The position numbers and the translations under genes were made by a program. Source: Bdellovibrio sp. 28-41-41 (GTDB lineage Bacteria > Bdellovibrionota > Bdellovibrionia > Bdellovibrionales > Bdellovibrionaceae). From it: a DNA stretch of 64,000 nt. The notes under the pieces were generated by a model. It was not told where the DNA came from. It made no database searches and saw nothing but the letters and a program-made list of their open reading frames with translations. Shown here piece by piece: positions 35,548-43,924 of the stretch (within the stretch, counting starts at the first letter, position 1; each line of letters begins with the position of its first letter). The stretch is taken from assembly GCA_002256935.1 (NCBI GenBank), contig NCGL01000004.1, forward strand, positions 11,557-75,556, in the 5' to 3' direction.

Positions 35548-37269
35548 TTACCAAGTGCAGGCGGTGGATCCATCAGTCGTTCGAACCCAACTTGTTGAGC
35601 CGCCCTTACAGACACATGTGGTATATTGCGAAGTGAGAGCAATCACTGCATCGTGTGCAGCATCGCAGGCGTAAGGCTGCGCGGAGTTCTTCGCCACTCT
35701 GATATTCCCGTTAATATCTAACTTGTCCTGAGGAGATGTAGTCCCTATACCGACATTGCCCTGGATGATGGCGCCGTTTGTAGGCGCCGCAACGCCCATG
35801 TTACCAGCTCCTATGCTCAGATTGCCGTTGATATCTAAACTTGATCCCGGAGAAGCGCCTGTATCGACACCAATACTGACTTTGCCTCCTCCGTTGCCAA
35901 TGTTTGTATACCCAGTTGAGTAGTAATTAATCCAAAGGTCACTCCACCCATTCTGATTGCCACTTGCATCAGTAAGTACTCCCTCAAAGGAAGAGGCATT
36001 TTGCCAAGTGCCGTAAAAGCTGTTTTTGTCTAGAACATAAACTCCGGTGGAAGTAGCTCCGTCCATACCCCACAATTTAGTCTTAGCAACTTGTGTGGTC
36101 GTACCAAATTGTGCACTTCCTGTCGAATTCACCGAAAAATTTGTCGTGGCTCCAGTTCCAACTGACAGCAATCCGCTCGGGCCCGTAGTTCCGATCCCCA
36201 CATTGCCATTAGCTACGATCAAGCCATAATTGTTTATAGCACCTGTTGCTGAAAAATAACCACCCACATTTGTAGATGTAGTTCCTGTTGAACTCACTGC
36301 CGATGAAATACCTGTTCTTGTAATTCCCGCAGTTCCATTAGCGCCAGAGATGGCAATATTTAACCCTGAGTTTCCACTGGCTGCTGCGGTTGAAGTAGAA
36401 GTTAAGTTTAATAAAGAGCCGCTAGTTAATCCATTGCCAGTTATGCTTTGCACGGGATTTGTAGTCACAGAGTTTGCAATCACACTGGAAGCGGTACTGG
36501 TGCCGGTATACGTCTGAGTAAAAGTTCCTGTGCCTGAAGCCATGGAAAGATTTTGATTAGCCGCTATGCTCACGGGTCCATTTAACGATACGGCTCCTGT
36601 TCCTGTAGAAAAGGTGCTGGCTCCGGTTTGTACAAAATTATTACTTGTGGTTCCAGCAATCAGCGCGGCTAGATTGGTGTAATCAAGGGCGCTTAAAACA
36701 GCCGGCGTTGTGCCTGTGGCCACACTTAAATACTGACTTGAATTTACGCCGCCCAGTTGAATTGAATTTTGAGCGCTTTGGGCGTACATCGCCTGAGGCA
36801 CCCAAGATAAGGCAATATTAGGAATTGAATCTGGGCCACTGCCATCATCAAAGCTAATCACTAATTTTCTAGTATCACTAACAATAGGTGTATAAGAAGT
36901 AGCAGCTGTTGCACACGGCGCGCTGGCCGCTGTTAATGAAATCACATTTGAATTTGAAAAAATAGAATTCAGTGAGTTGCCGCCATCAATACTGGGGGCA
37001 GCTCTTGTGCCAGCTCCTAAGGTTAGTGCAAAAGCCCCTTGGCTCTGAGATAAATCTAAGCTCTGAGTTTCTTGATACAAAAGACAATCCTCAGCTCCCG
37101 GGCTTTTAACTTGAATAGTAAAAGCTACCGAGCTGGATGTAACAGCCGTGCCATTGCTGTTTAACAATCGCCCCTGCACCGCTACCGACTGACCTGCAAA
37201 ACTGACTTGAGCTAATAGCCATAGGCTAAGTCCAACAGATACTTTTAATAATTTTATCCAAGCCCTCAT
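35548..37269 (-). CDS. Secreted fibre/adhesin-like protein (tail-fibre-like repeats, Cys-containing C-terminal tip)
   Basis: It has a signal peptide and long G/S/T/A/N-rich repeats. The motifs GNVGIGTTGPSGLLSVG and GNVGIGTTSPQDKLDINGNIRV are present. The C-terminus has four Cys residues. Confidence 0.6.
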   Translation of the reverse strand: MRAWIKLLKVSVGLSLWLLAQVSFAGQSVAVQGRLLNSNGTAVTSSSVAFTIQVKSPGAEDCLLYQETQSLDLSQSQGAFALTLGAGTRAAPSIDGGNSLNSIFSNSNVISLTAASAPCATAATSYTPIVSDTRKLVISFDDGSGPDSIPNIALSWVPQAMYAQSAQNSIQLGGVNSSQYLSVATGTTPAVLSALDYTNLAALIAGTTSNNFVQTGASTFSTGTGAVSLNGPVSIAANQNLSMASGTGTFTQTYTGTSTASSVIANSVTTNPVQSITGNGLTSGSLLNLTSTSTAAASGNSGLNIAISGANGTAGITRTGISSAVSSTGTTSTNVGGYFSATGAINNYGLIVANGNVGIGTTGPSGLLSVGTGATTNFSVNSTGSAQFGTTTQVAKTKLWGMDGATSTGVYVLDKNSFYGTWQNASSFEGVLTDASGNQNGWSDLWINYYSTGYTNIGNGGGKVSIGVDTGASPGSSLDINGNLSIGAGNMGVAAPTNGAIIQGNVGIGTTSPQDKLDINGNIRVAKNSAQPYACDAAHDAVIALTSQYTTCVCKGGSTSWVRTTDGSTACTW

Positions 37270-37294
37270 AAAAATGGCTCCCTTTTATAGTTTT

Positions 37295-37624
37295 TTACTC
37301 ATTTGAAATAATCTGTCCCTGAACATTTAAGTAAACGATCTTGTTTTTATTTGTGACTAGCCTAACTTGGCTTGTCGATGCGCCCACTGTTACATCGACC
37401 TTGTGCTGCGCGCTCACCGTGCTTTCGGAAAGCTTACTTCCTGAAACAACTTCATAACCTGTGGCTGCGGGCTCTGCCGGTGATTGTGCACCATAATTGG
37501 TATCCACCTTAGACTTGTCACCGCCAAAGGGATTTGAGCACGCCCCAAGGGCTAAAGTTAAGCAAAACCCTAGACTCACAAAAATCATTTTTATAAAGCT
37601 TGGCTTGCGTGAAAATAAATTCAT
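37295..37624 (-). CDS. Small lipoprotein
   Basis: It has a signal peptide and the lipobox LALGAC. Confidence 0.55.
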   Translation of the reverse strand: MNLFSRKPSFIKMIFVSLGFCLTLALGACSNPFGGDKSKVDTNYGAQSPAEPAATGYEVVSGSKLSESTVSAQHKVDVTVGASTSQVRLVTNKNKIVYLNVQGQIISNE

Positions 37625-37644
37625 CGAACTCCCTCTTTCTGCCG

Positions 37645-38946
37645 CTATTCTTCTTTGCCCAAAGGAATGATTAGTCCGAACTGTGTGCGGAAATCTTTTC
37701 GTGTTTGATTTGTTAAAGAAGTTTTCTGCGAGGTTTCAGCGTATTCACCTAAAGCAAAAATTGAAAGACGTTTAAATTTATGACTCACCTTTAATTGAGT
37801 AAAATATTCTGCCCCGGGACTTACGTTATAGCTTGTGCCCGATAGACCAAGTAAATAACTAACACCCAAAGCGCCTGTTAGATTTAGTTTATTAACTTCG
37901 AGTAATTTTTTTGAAATTAAAACCCGCGCATAAGGAATAGGTTTTGTTTCTAACGTAGCCGTTCCAGTAACATATGAGGGGGCAAAAATTTCTTCGCGAG
38001 TTCCGAGTTCAAGAGTTCCCCAAAGCGTTTGAGAAAGCCTATGATTAAGCCCCACAGCCATCAGCGATGTGGTTTGCTTATTTCCACCAATTACCGTGCC
38101 GCTACTTGTATCTTGAAAGGAAATCGAATTATAATTCCAGCGAATAAAACTGCTCATAGACTGAGACCAGTTTTGTTGCCATTTTAAATTAGCCCCTAGT
38201 GTTGGACGCGACAGCAAGACAGCGCTCGCTGAACTCAAAGAGGAGTCAAGTCTTGAATAACCAGTTTCCAAAGAAATCTCTAATTCACTCTGCGCTTGAG
38301 TTTCCGGATTAATTAATTCAAGGCTTTTTACTTTTTGTTGTACTTCTTTTGCAGTTTTTTGAGATTGAGTGTCTGGAGAATTTGGATCACGAGGCTCATT
38401 GGCGAGTGTTCGATTGGTTGCTTTTTGTTTTATTTTTAACCTATCATTAAAAATAATTTCATTTCGTTGAGTGATCTGAACAGCGCCCTCATGTTGGGCT
38501 TTTAAGGCCAATGTTTTAGGAAAAAATAACCTATCGCCTGGAAATAGTAAGTCGATATTAGGAATGTGTTTCGCATTTTCTTTGCGCAATAAAAAAAGAG
38601 TGCCGGATTTGGCATAAATCGGCCTAAGTTTTGCCCGGTATAAAAGAGTAGAAGCATTATCATTTTTTTTAATCATATAATAATAGTTTAAAGCCATTGA
38701 ATGAGAATCCAAAGTGAAACTAAGAATAAGAGAATAAATGAGAAATTTTCTTAACATGCTAAAAAAACCATCGGTTGGTTTTGAGACTTTCTTAAATTTT
38801 CGCTTTGATTGAGCTTTTCGTATCAAACTGAGACTCAAATCTAGACTTGAGAAATTAAGCAAAAAACTTTCCTTTTTAAAATTATATTCACCCTTTTGAG
38901 GCGCGCAATCTTTTGACGTTGGTAGAGTTTTGAGTGAAGACTTCAT
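37645..38946 (-). CDS. LysM-like domain + C-terminal beta-barrel-like protein (alternative start at 38757)
   Basis: The LysM-like segment is YYMIKKNDNASTLLY..LFPGDRLFFP. Alternating-residue strands run to the C-terminus. An ATGA overlap links it to the receiver gene. Confidence 0.45.
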   Translation of the reverse strand: MKSSLKTLPTSKDCAPQKGEYNFKKESFLLNFSSLDLSLSLIRKAQSKRKFKKVSKPTDGFFSMLRKFLIYSLILSFTLDSHSMALNYYYMIKKNDNASTLLYRAKLRPIYAKSGTLFLLRKENAKHIPNIDLLFPGDRLFFPKTLALKAQHEGAVQITQRNEIIFNDRLKIKQKATNRTLANEPRDPNSPDTQSQKTAKEVQQKVKSLELINPETQAQSELEISLETGYSRLDSSLSSASAVLLSRPTLGANLKWQQNWSQSMSSFIRWNYNSISFQDTSSGTVIGGNKQTTSLMAVGLNHRLSQTLWGTLELGTREEIFAPSYVTGTATLETKPIPYARVLISKKLLEVNKLNLTGALGVSYLLGLSGTSYNVSPGAEYFTQLKVSHKFKRLSIFALGEYAETSQKTSLTNQTRKDFRTQFGLIIPLGKEE

Positions 38947-39296
38947 GCGGCCAACATTTTAAAAATCGAATCGATTTTTGGAATGGGCTTGTGCAAAAAA
39001 ACCGTTGCTCCTGCTTTTAGAACTTCAGCTTCGGTGTATTTGCAGCCACCAGTCATAACTATTACCGGCGTGCTTCGATCCCGAACCCGAAACTCCTTCA
39101 GAAAATCAATTCCATTTTTAATTGGCATATCGATGTCAGTTAAAATGAGGTCAATTTTCTGCCCCCCCGCAATTAGCTGAAGGGCCTCAAAACCATTTGA
39201 AGCTTGAATGACAGTGAAATCAAGCTGTTCAAAGCTATCGCAGATACAAGTTCTTAGCTCTGACTCATCATCAATTATTAATACAATTTTTTTCAT
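38943..39296 (-). CDS. Single-domain response regulator (CheY-like receiver)
   Basis: The receiver signature residues lie in IIDDE, LILTDIDMP, VIVMTGG and FLHKP. Confidence 0.85.
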   Translation of the reverse strand: MKKIVLIIDDESELRTCICDSFEQLDFTVIQASNGFEALQLIAGGQKIDLILTDIDMPIKNGIDFLKEFRVRDRSTPVIVMTGGCKYTEAEVLKAGATVFLHKPIPKIDSIFKMLAA

Positions 39297-39349
39297 AAAC
39301 TAATTGTCGTCAGGTGCGTTTAAAAAATGAAGTCCTGGACGGTAAAACT

Positions 39350-39362
39350 ATACCGACGGTAT
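39350..39362. promoter_or_regulatory. Palindrome ATACCG-A-CGGTAT in a divergent promoter region
   Basis: A perfect 13-bp palindrome between the CheY-like (-) and XRE (+) genes. An extra ACGGTA half-site lies at 39339-39344. Confidence 0.3.
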
Positions 39363-39391
39363 AAGTTTACCAACCCGATACTATCTAGTAT

Positions 39392-39619
39392 GTGCAATCA
39401 GATGAGAATAAATATAAGAAGATTCTATTGGGCCTGGGGGCCAACCTAAAGAAGTGCCGAAAGTCTAGAAAGCTTTCGCAGACCGATATGACTGAGTACG
39501 GGTTTGAATTGAGAAATTATCAAAGAATCGAGTCGGGACGGCATTCACCGAGTCTCTACACACTTCATCGTTTGGCCATAGTTTTTCGATGCGAAATAAA
39601 AGACTTTTTTGATACCTAA
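39392..39619 (+). CDS. XRE-family HTH protein
   Basis: The HTH is LKKCRKSRKLSQTDMTEYGFELRNYQRIESGRHSPSLYTL. The start codon is GTG. Confidence 0.65.
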   Translation: MQSDENKYKKILLGLGANLKKCRKSRKLSQTDMTEYGFELRNYQRIESGRHSPSLYTLHRLAIVFRCEIKDFFDT

Positions 39620-39639
39620 TGCCTCTAAAGGCAAACACC

Positions 39640-40098
39640 TTACGGTGTTTGCAATTCCAGTTCTTCCAAAAGATTTTCTATGTCGTACATTCGGTAGTAG
39701 GTGCTGCCATTATCAAAGGACACTATGTTTCCTTCTTCGGCTTCCATCGACTCCCATTCTGATTGAGCAGAACTCCAAGAAATTGGGTCGTGCGATTTCA
39801 TGACTGAAATTGTATCGAGATTCATCCATCCTATTTTAGTAGTCTCTTCATAGCACTGGCGAATTGATTCTTCAAATTCTTCGTCAAGATTGACGGCAGT
39901 TAACTCAGTTTCAAGAATGGATTCAATAATCCAATCAATGCCGTAGTCACAGGCCACTCCGGGCAAAAGTTGCATTAGGTCATCTGTCCCGCAGGAATTG
40001 CAGCGTCCGGATGGGCATTCATGGTAGCAAGAATAGCAAAATGGTATTGATTTGCTCAAAGCCAATTTTTCAAGTTTTAATTTAATTTCTGTGTTCAT
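39640..40098 (-). CDS. Acidic hypothetical protein with N-terminal Cys cluster
   Basis: It carries CYSCYHECPSGRCNSCG followed by a very acidic body. No family was recognised. Confidence 0.5.
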   Translation of the reverse strand: MNTEIKLKLEKLALSKSIPFCYSCYHECPSGRCNSCGTDDLMQLLPGVACDYGIDWIIESILETELTAVNLDEEFEESIRQCYEETTKIGWMNLDTISVMKSHDPISWSSAQSEWESMEAEEGNIVSFDNGSTYYRMYDIENLLEELELQTP

Positions 40099-40351
40099 CT
40101 TTTATCTCCTGGTTAGTTTGCTTGGCGGCATTTGTTTGAGTCCGCCCTTCACAAAAGGAGGGTGGCGAGGTGCTGCCATGAGTGGAAACTTTAAGACTCT
40201 CCTGGTCGACCGCGAATGCGGCATGAGGGCGTGAAAGTTTCAAAGAAACTGGCGCGACCCATGCGAAGACCAGAAAAAGAGAGGCTTAAAGTTGGAGCGT
40301 CAAACTTAATAACCAGGACTAGATGATCTCAAAATTTAGTAACTTGTGGGT

Positions 40352-40555
40352 CTATTGCTTTGTATTGATTTTTTGATTTTGAATTCTAGATTCTTGTGAA
40401 AAAAATCGAGGAGACCCCCAATTGGAACTACGAGACTCATAAATTACTTTTGCCTGAGCTCGCCAAATCCAAGCTTGTAAGATGTCAAGTTTTCCGGCCG
40501 CAGAAAAGGCTATGACGATGCCGGCAATCCATGTGATAAGTTTTTCGAGGTTCAT
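40352..40555 (-). CDS. Small membrane protein (weak)
   Basis: A 67-aa ORF with one hydrophobic helix. Confidence 0.3.
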   Translation of the reverse strand: MNLEKLITWIAGIVIAFSAAGKLDILQAWIWRAQAKVIYESRSSNWGSPRFFSQESRIQNQKINTKQ

Positions 40556-40570
40556 TGAAGACTCCTTTGT

Positions 40571-41050
40571 TTATTGATTAGCTTTTGAATTTTTAAGTCG
40601 CTGCACGATATTGAAAACATGGGCCTGGCGCCACGAGACTCCATGACGAGTTTTAAATCCTTTGTCGCTCAAGAACTTGGCGATCTCTGTTGGAGTGCGG
40701 CCAAGTTGACGCTGCTTTTCAATTATTTGAAGTGTAGGATATTCTCTGGGATCTTTTTGCAGCTGGCCATCTAGGTAACAAAACCCATACGGCGGCGGCG
40801 CAGAGTTCTTAAAAGTCTGCCGTTGATTTATAGAAAAACTGACGGACTTACTTACTCTGAACGTCACTTTTTGTCGAACGAGCTGCCTTCGGATCGTTGA
40901 ATAGGGCAATCCGAAGCGATTAGCAACTTCATTTATCGAAAAACCTTGTTCATAAAAAGCCCGCAGATCTTGGTTTTCCTGAGAAATTAGGTGTATGGTG
41001 ATCTCAATAAAATCATGTACTTGACTTAGATTGCAGGTTGTCGGAAGATC
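40571..41050 (-). pseudogene. Serine-recombinase remnant (HTH + 'recombinase' domain only, no catalytic domain, no ATG)
   Basis: The in-frame HTH FSINEVANRFGLPYSTIRRQL is followed by PPPYGFCYLDGQL..GRTPTEIAKFLSDKGFKTRHGVSWRQAHVFNIVQR. The frame is open back to a stop at 41051-41053 and contains no ATG. Confidence 0.5.
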
Positions 41051-41060
41051 CCTACCAAAT
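41033..41060 (+). repeat. Degenerate direct copy of the tRNA-Val 3' end
   Basis: Compare GCAGGTT..CGGAAGA..TCCCTACCAAATT here with GCAGGTTCGAATCCTGTACTCCCTACCAATT in the tRNA. The order and orientation are the same. Confidence 0.35.
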
Positions 41061-41108
41061 TAAATCAACCAGCCCAAGCTGGTTTTTTTATGCCCGGAAT
41101 TCAAGAAC

Positions 41109-41909
41109 CTAAGGTTTTTTTAAGGCATTACCCATATAAGACAGCAATAAACTTTTGGTTAATTCAAAACGCAACGTTTCGGGTACGACTCCAGAAAATA
41201 TATGTGAAATTGGAATCGACGAGAACACAGGCTTGATGCCTGTCATGGCTTCAACTGACATTCCTGCATCTTGGCAGTATTTGGCCAATTCCGAGGGCTT
41301 AATAAAGAGACGAATGATGTGCATGTGTTTGGGGGTATTTTTTACTAACCATTCTACCAGCTTGATGACGACTAAATACGCGATCGGATTTCTATTGAAC
41401 GTATGAAAAATAAATATTCCACCCGGCTTAAGGACTCGTGAGAATTCTTTTATGATATCAGCAGGATTTTCAACGTGCTCTAAAAAATCCATGGCTGTGA
41501 GTACATCAAACGTATTCTCGGGGAATGGTAAATGGTAGGCATCGGCGGTCTGGTATTTTACAGTTTTTGTTTGGTCAAATTTAGTAGCTACGCGTAGGCT
41601 ATCTTCGGACAGGTCGACTCCGGTGATATCCAGATTCAATTTTGCAAGCTCGTTACTTAAAAACCCAGCTCCGCAGCCAACATCTAGAAGTTTTGTTGTC
41701 GGTTTCAATAGATTATGACTGCGTAGCTTATCTACTATCCAAGGCAATTTTGTTTTTGATTCCGCTCTGAGCAGGGCGACGGGATCATCAAATGCTGTAT
41801 ACCAACGATCGCCATACAAATTATAAATGTCGTTATTTACTTTTTCCAATGAAACTCCAGTAAATGATTTGATACAAAAGAAATGCGGCAATAACAAATG
41901 GCTGAACAA
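41109..41909 (-). CDS. Class I SAM-dependent methyltransferase (UbiG-like). The start is uncertain; a TTG at 41849 is possible.
   Basis: Motif I is LLDVGCGAGFLSNELA, followed by DVLTAMDFLEHV and LKPGGIFIF. Confidence 0.8.
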   Translation of the reverse strand: MFSHLLLPHFFCIKSFTGVSLEKVNNDIYNLYGDRWYTAFDDPVALLRAESKTKLPWIVDKLRSHNLLKPTTKLLDVGCGAGFLSNELAKLNLDITGVDLSEDSLRVATKFDQTKTVKYQTADAYHLPFPENTFDVLTAMDFLEHVENPADIIKEFSRVLKPGGIFIFHTFNRNPIAYLVVIKLVEWLVKNTPKHMHIIRLFIKPSELAKYCQDAGMSVEAMTGIKPVFSSIPISHIFSGVVPETLRFELTKSLLLSYMGNALKKP

Positions 41910-42276
41910 GTAAAAACGTGGGGCTCAGTCCCCAGGCCCAAATGAACCCTGCCGACATAAATGTAATAGGGTGAAGTATGAAAAGAACCGAGTGCAGCCA
42001 ATTTTCTTTGGCATCACATTTTTCGGTATGAATAAATTCATCCTTTGTAATAAACAAACAAGAAAAAGCGCATAGACCAATGTAGATATTTATATTGGTT
42101 ATGGATACCGGACAGAAAACTAGGAATAGATAGCAGGCTAACACAGTGAGCGTATCTAATGGGTGGCCTATCCGCTCCCAAAGTGGCAGGCCACGTTGCC
42201 GATGAAAATAGAACTCATCGAAAATCATCGCGGCGCCTTGAAATAAAAACGGAATGAAATAAAACAACATTAGCAA
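41833..42276 (-). CDS. Small polytopic membrane protein with His-containing motifs
   Basis: It has about four TM helices and carries FHRQR, GHPLD, DEFIHTE and WLHSVLFILHP. It overlaps the PKS stop codon. Confidence 0.55.
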   Translation of the reverse strand: MLMLFYFIPFLFQGAAMIFDEFYFHRQRGLPLWERIGHPLDTLTVLACYLFLVFCPVSITNINIYIGLCAFSCLFITKDEFIHTEKCDAKENWLHSVLFILHPITFMSAGFIWAWGLSPTFLLVQPFVIAAFLLYQIIYWSFIGKSK

Positions 42277-43403
42277 ATCTCAAACACTGCACCAAATAAG
42301 GTGAGTCCGGGCCCAAATGCATAACTGACCATCTTAGTTCCTAAGGGGTAGTTGGCTAAAAGAATTTCTTGCCACACGTGGGGTAAAGTTGCCGACGACA
42401 TGTTTCCTCGTTGAAGTAAAACCCTGCGACTTTCTGCAATTTGATTAGCAGATAGGCCCAATGTTTCTTGAACGGCATCTATGATTTTGGGGCCGCCCGG
42501 ATGAATGGCGAAAACCGATTTCATTGCTTGCTCGTTGGTTAATTCAGCTTTTGAAAATAGGTCGGTGGAAAACGACATCAGTTCGCCTTTGATTTTTGGC
42601 GGAACGTTTCTAGATAAACTCATTTGCATTCCGTACGGACCGGGAATCCATGACATGTCCATTTCTGAATCCGGTAAAACTTTTTCACTGATGGCTAAAA
42701 TTTTAAGATTTTTCAGATCTTTGGATTTTGTTTTAGATACGGTGTATTTTGCGTGACCGTCAGCGAACAGTGTCTGTACGACCATTTGTTCGGGAGTCTG
42801 CAACTGAGGATTCATGTGGAGTCCGCACATTTCATTGTGAACGACATCAACTGAAAGATTTTCTGTATTCACAAGGCCTCTAGCCAGGCGAATGGCGGGT
42901 AGAGATGCATAGCATCCCATATGATAGGCATGTGTGATGTCTGTGCTGTGATGCCAGTTCTGATGCGCCACGATTTTTTGAGCCGCACTGGGTGAGACAT
43001 AACCCGTGCATGTGACGTGGATCAAATGGTCAGGGCGAATTTGCACGGTCGATACATCGTAGAATTTTTGTAATACTTCGTAAGAGCGGTTTAAGAAAAA
43101 CCGGGAACGTTCAGTGATGTCGACACCATTCGGGGTTGACGTCGTAATTTTATAAATATCTGAATGGTCAGAAAACCCGGTAAAGACGTCGCTGCATTCA
43201 AAATATCGTTCAGATATCTGTGCGTCTTTGACCCCATAACGTAGAAAAAATTTTTCTATTAAATCGGAATCTGTCTGTTGATCTTTGGGCTTAAAAGACT
43301 CGGCTCTTTGGTGAATTTGGGCGATCCATTGCGATAGTTCAGCCTGGCGATACAGATTTTTTGGCTTTACTGTGTAAACGCTGTTTAAATATATGGGATC
43401 CAT
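42270..43403 (-). CDS. Type III polyketide synthase (chalcone synthase-like)
   Basis: The catalytic triad context is present: HVTCTGYVSP (Cys), FAIHPGGPKII (His) and GNMSSATLPHV (Asn). Confidence 0.9.
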   Translation of the reverse strand: MDPIYLNSVYTVKPKNLYRQAELSQWIAQIHQRAESFKPKDQQTDSDLIEKFFLRYGVKDAQISERYFECSDVFTGFSDHSDIYKITTSTPNGVDITERSRFFLNRSYEVLQKFYDVSTVQIRPDHLIHVTCTGYVSPSAAQKIVAHQNWHHSTDITHAYHMGCYASLPAIRLARGLVNTENLSVDVVHNEMCGLHMNPQLQTPEQMVVQTLFADGHAKYTVSKTKSKDLKNLKILAISEKVLPDSEMDMSWIPGPYGMQMSLSRNVPPKIKGELMSFSTDLFSKAELTNEQAMKSVFAIHPGGPKIIDAVQETLGLSANQIAESRRVLLQRGNMSSATLPHVWQEILLANYPLGTKMVSYAFGPGLTLFGAVFEIC

Positions 43404-43924
43404 GGGAACCTCTTACAGGCTCCGATTTATATCAGATGCTAGAGTTTTGCTACAAATGACGACGAGTACGAGGTAATTGAGGCAATTTGGGACAAGAATT
43501 GAAAACACTGGAAATAACGAAAAACTCGTAAAGATTTTTAATGACTCGTTTTTGGACCAAAATAAATTTGCCTTAGGGGCAATGGCTCAGAAGCCATGGG
43601 TTCACTTTTGCCTTTGCTGGGATCAAATAGTAAGGGTCTATGTGTGATGCGTTTAGTTGTGTTGAATAACGAAGTATCTCCCCAAACTATCTAGTCGACT
43701 GGGGATTGGCCCAAAATCGAAATACTCCACAGGATGTTTTTCCATTACTTCTAAATAGGAAAAACAAAGGTCGCTACAAATCGATACCGAGTCTGGTCTA
43801 GGTGTTTTCGTACCAAATGCTTAGTTGCCAGTTTGTTGTAGCTATATATAGCTGATAATATTAAGAAAAGTTAAAAACACTACATTTGCTACAATATATG
43901 TAGAAAAATTTGTAGGAAGAGTGA

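Noticed and set aside
35548-37269. A prophage, suggested by the tail-fibre-like motifs.
   Set aside because: No capsid, portal, terminase, tape-measure or baseplate genes are present in the window. The protein has a Sec signal peptide and sits in an operon with envelope proteins.
43905-43920. A 9-nt match (TTGTAGGAA) to the inverse of the sequence just right of tRNA-Val, considered as a serine-recombinase attR half-site.
   Set aside because: A 9-mer match is expected by chance in a window of this size, and there is no extended imperfect inverted-repeat context.
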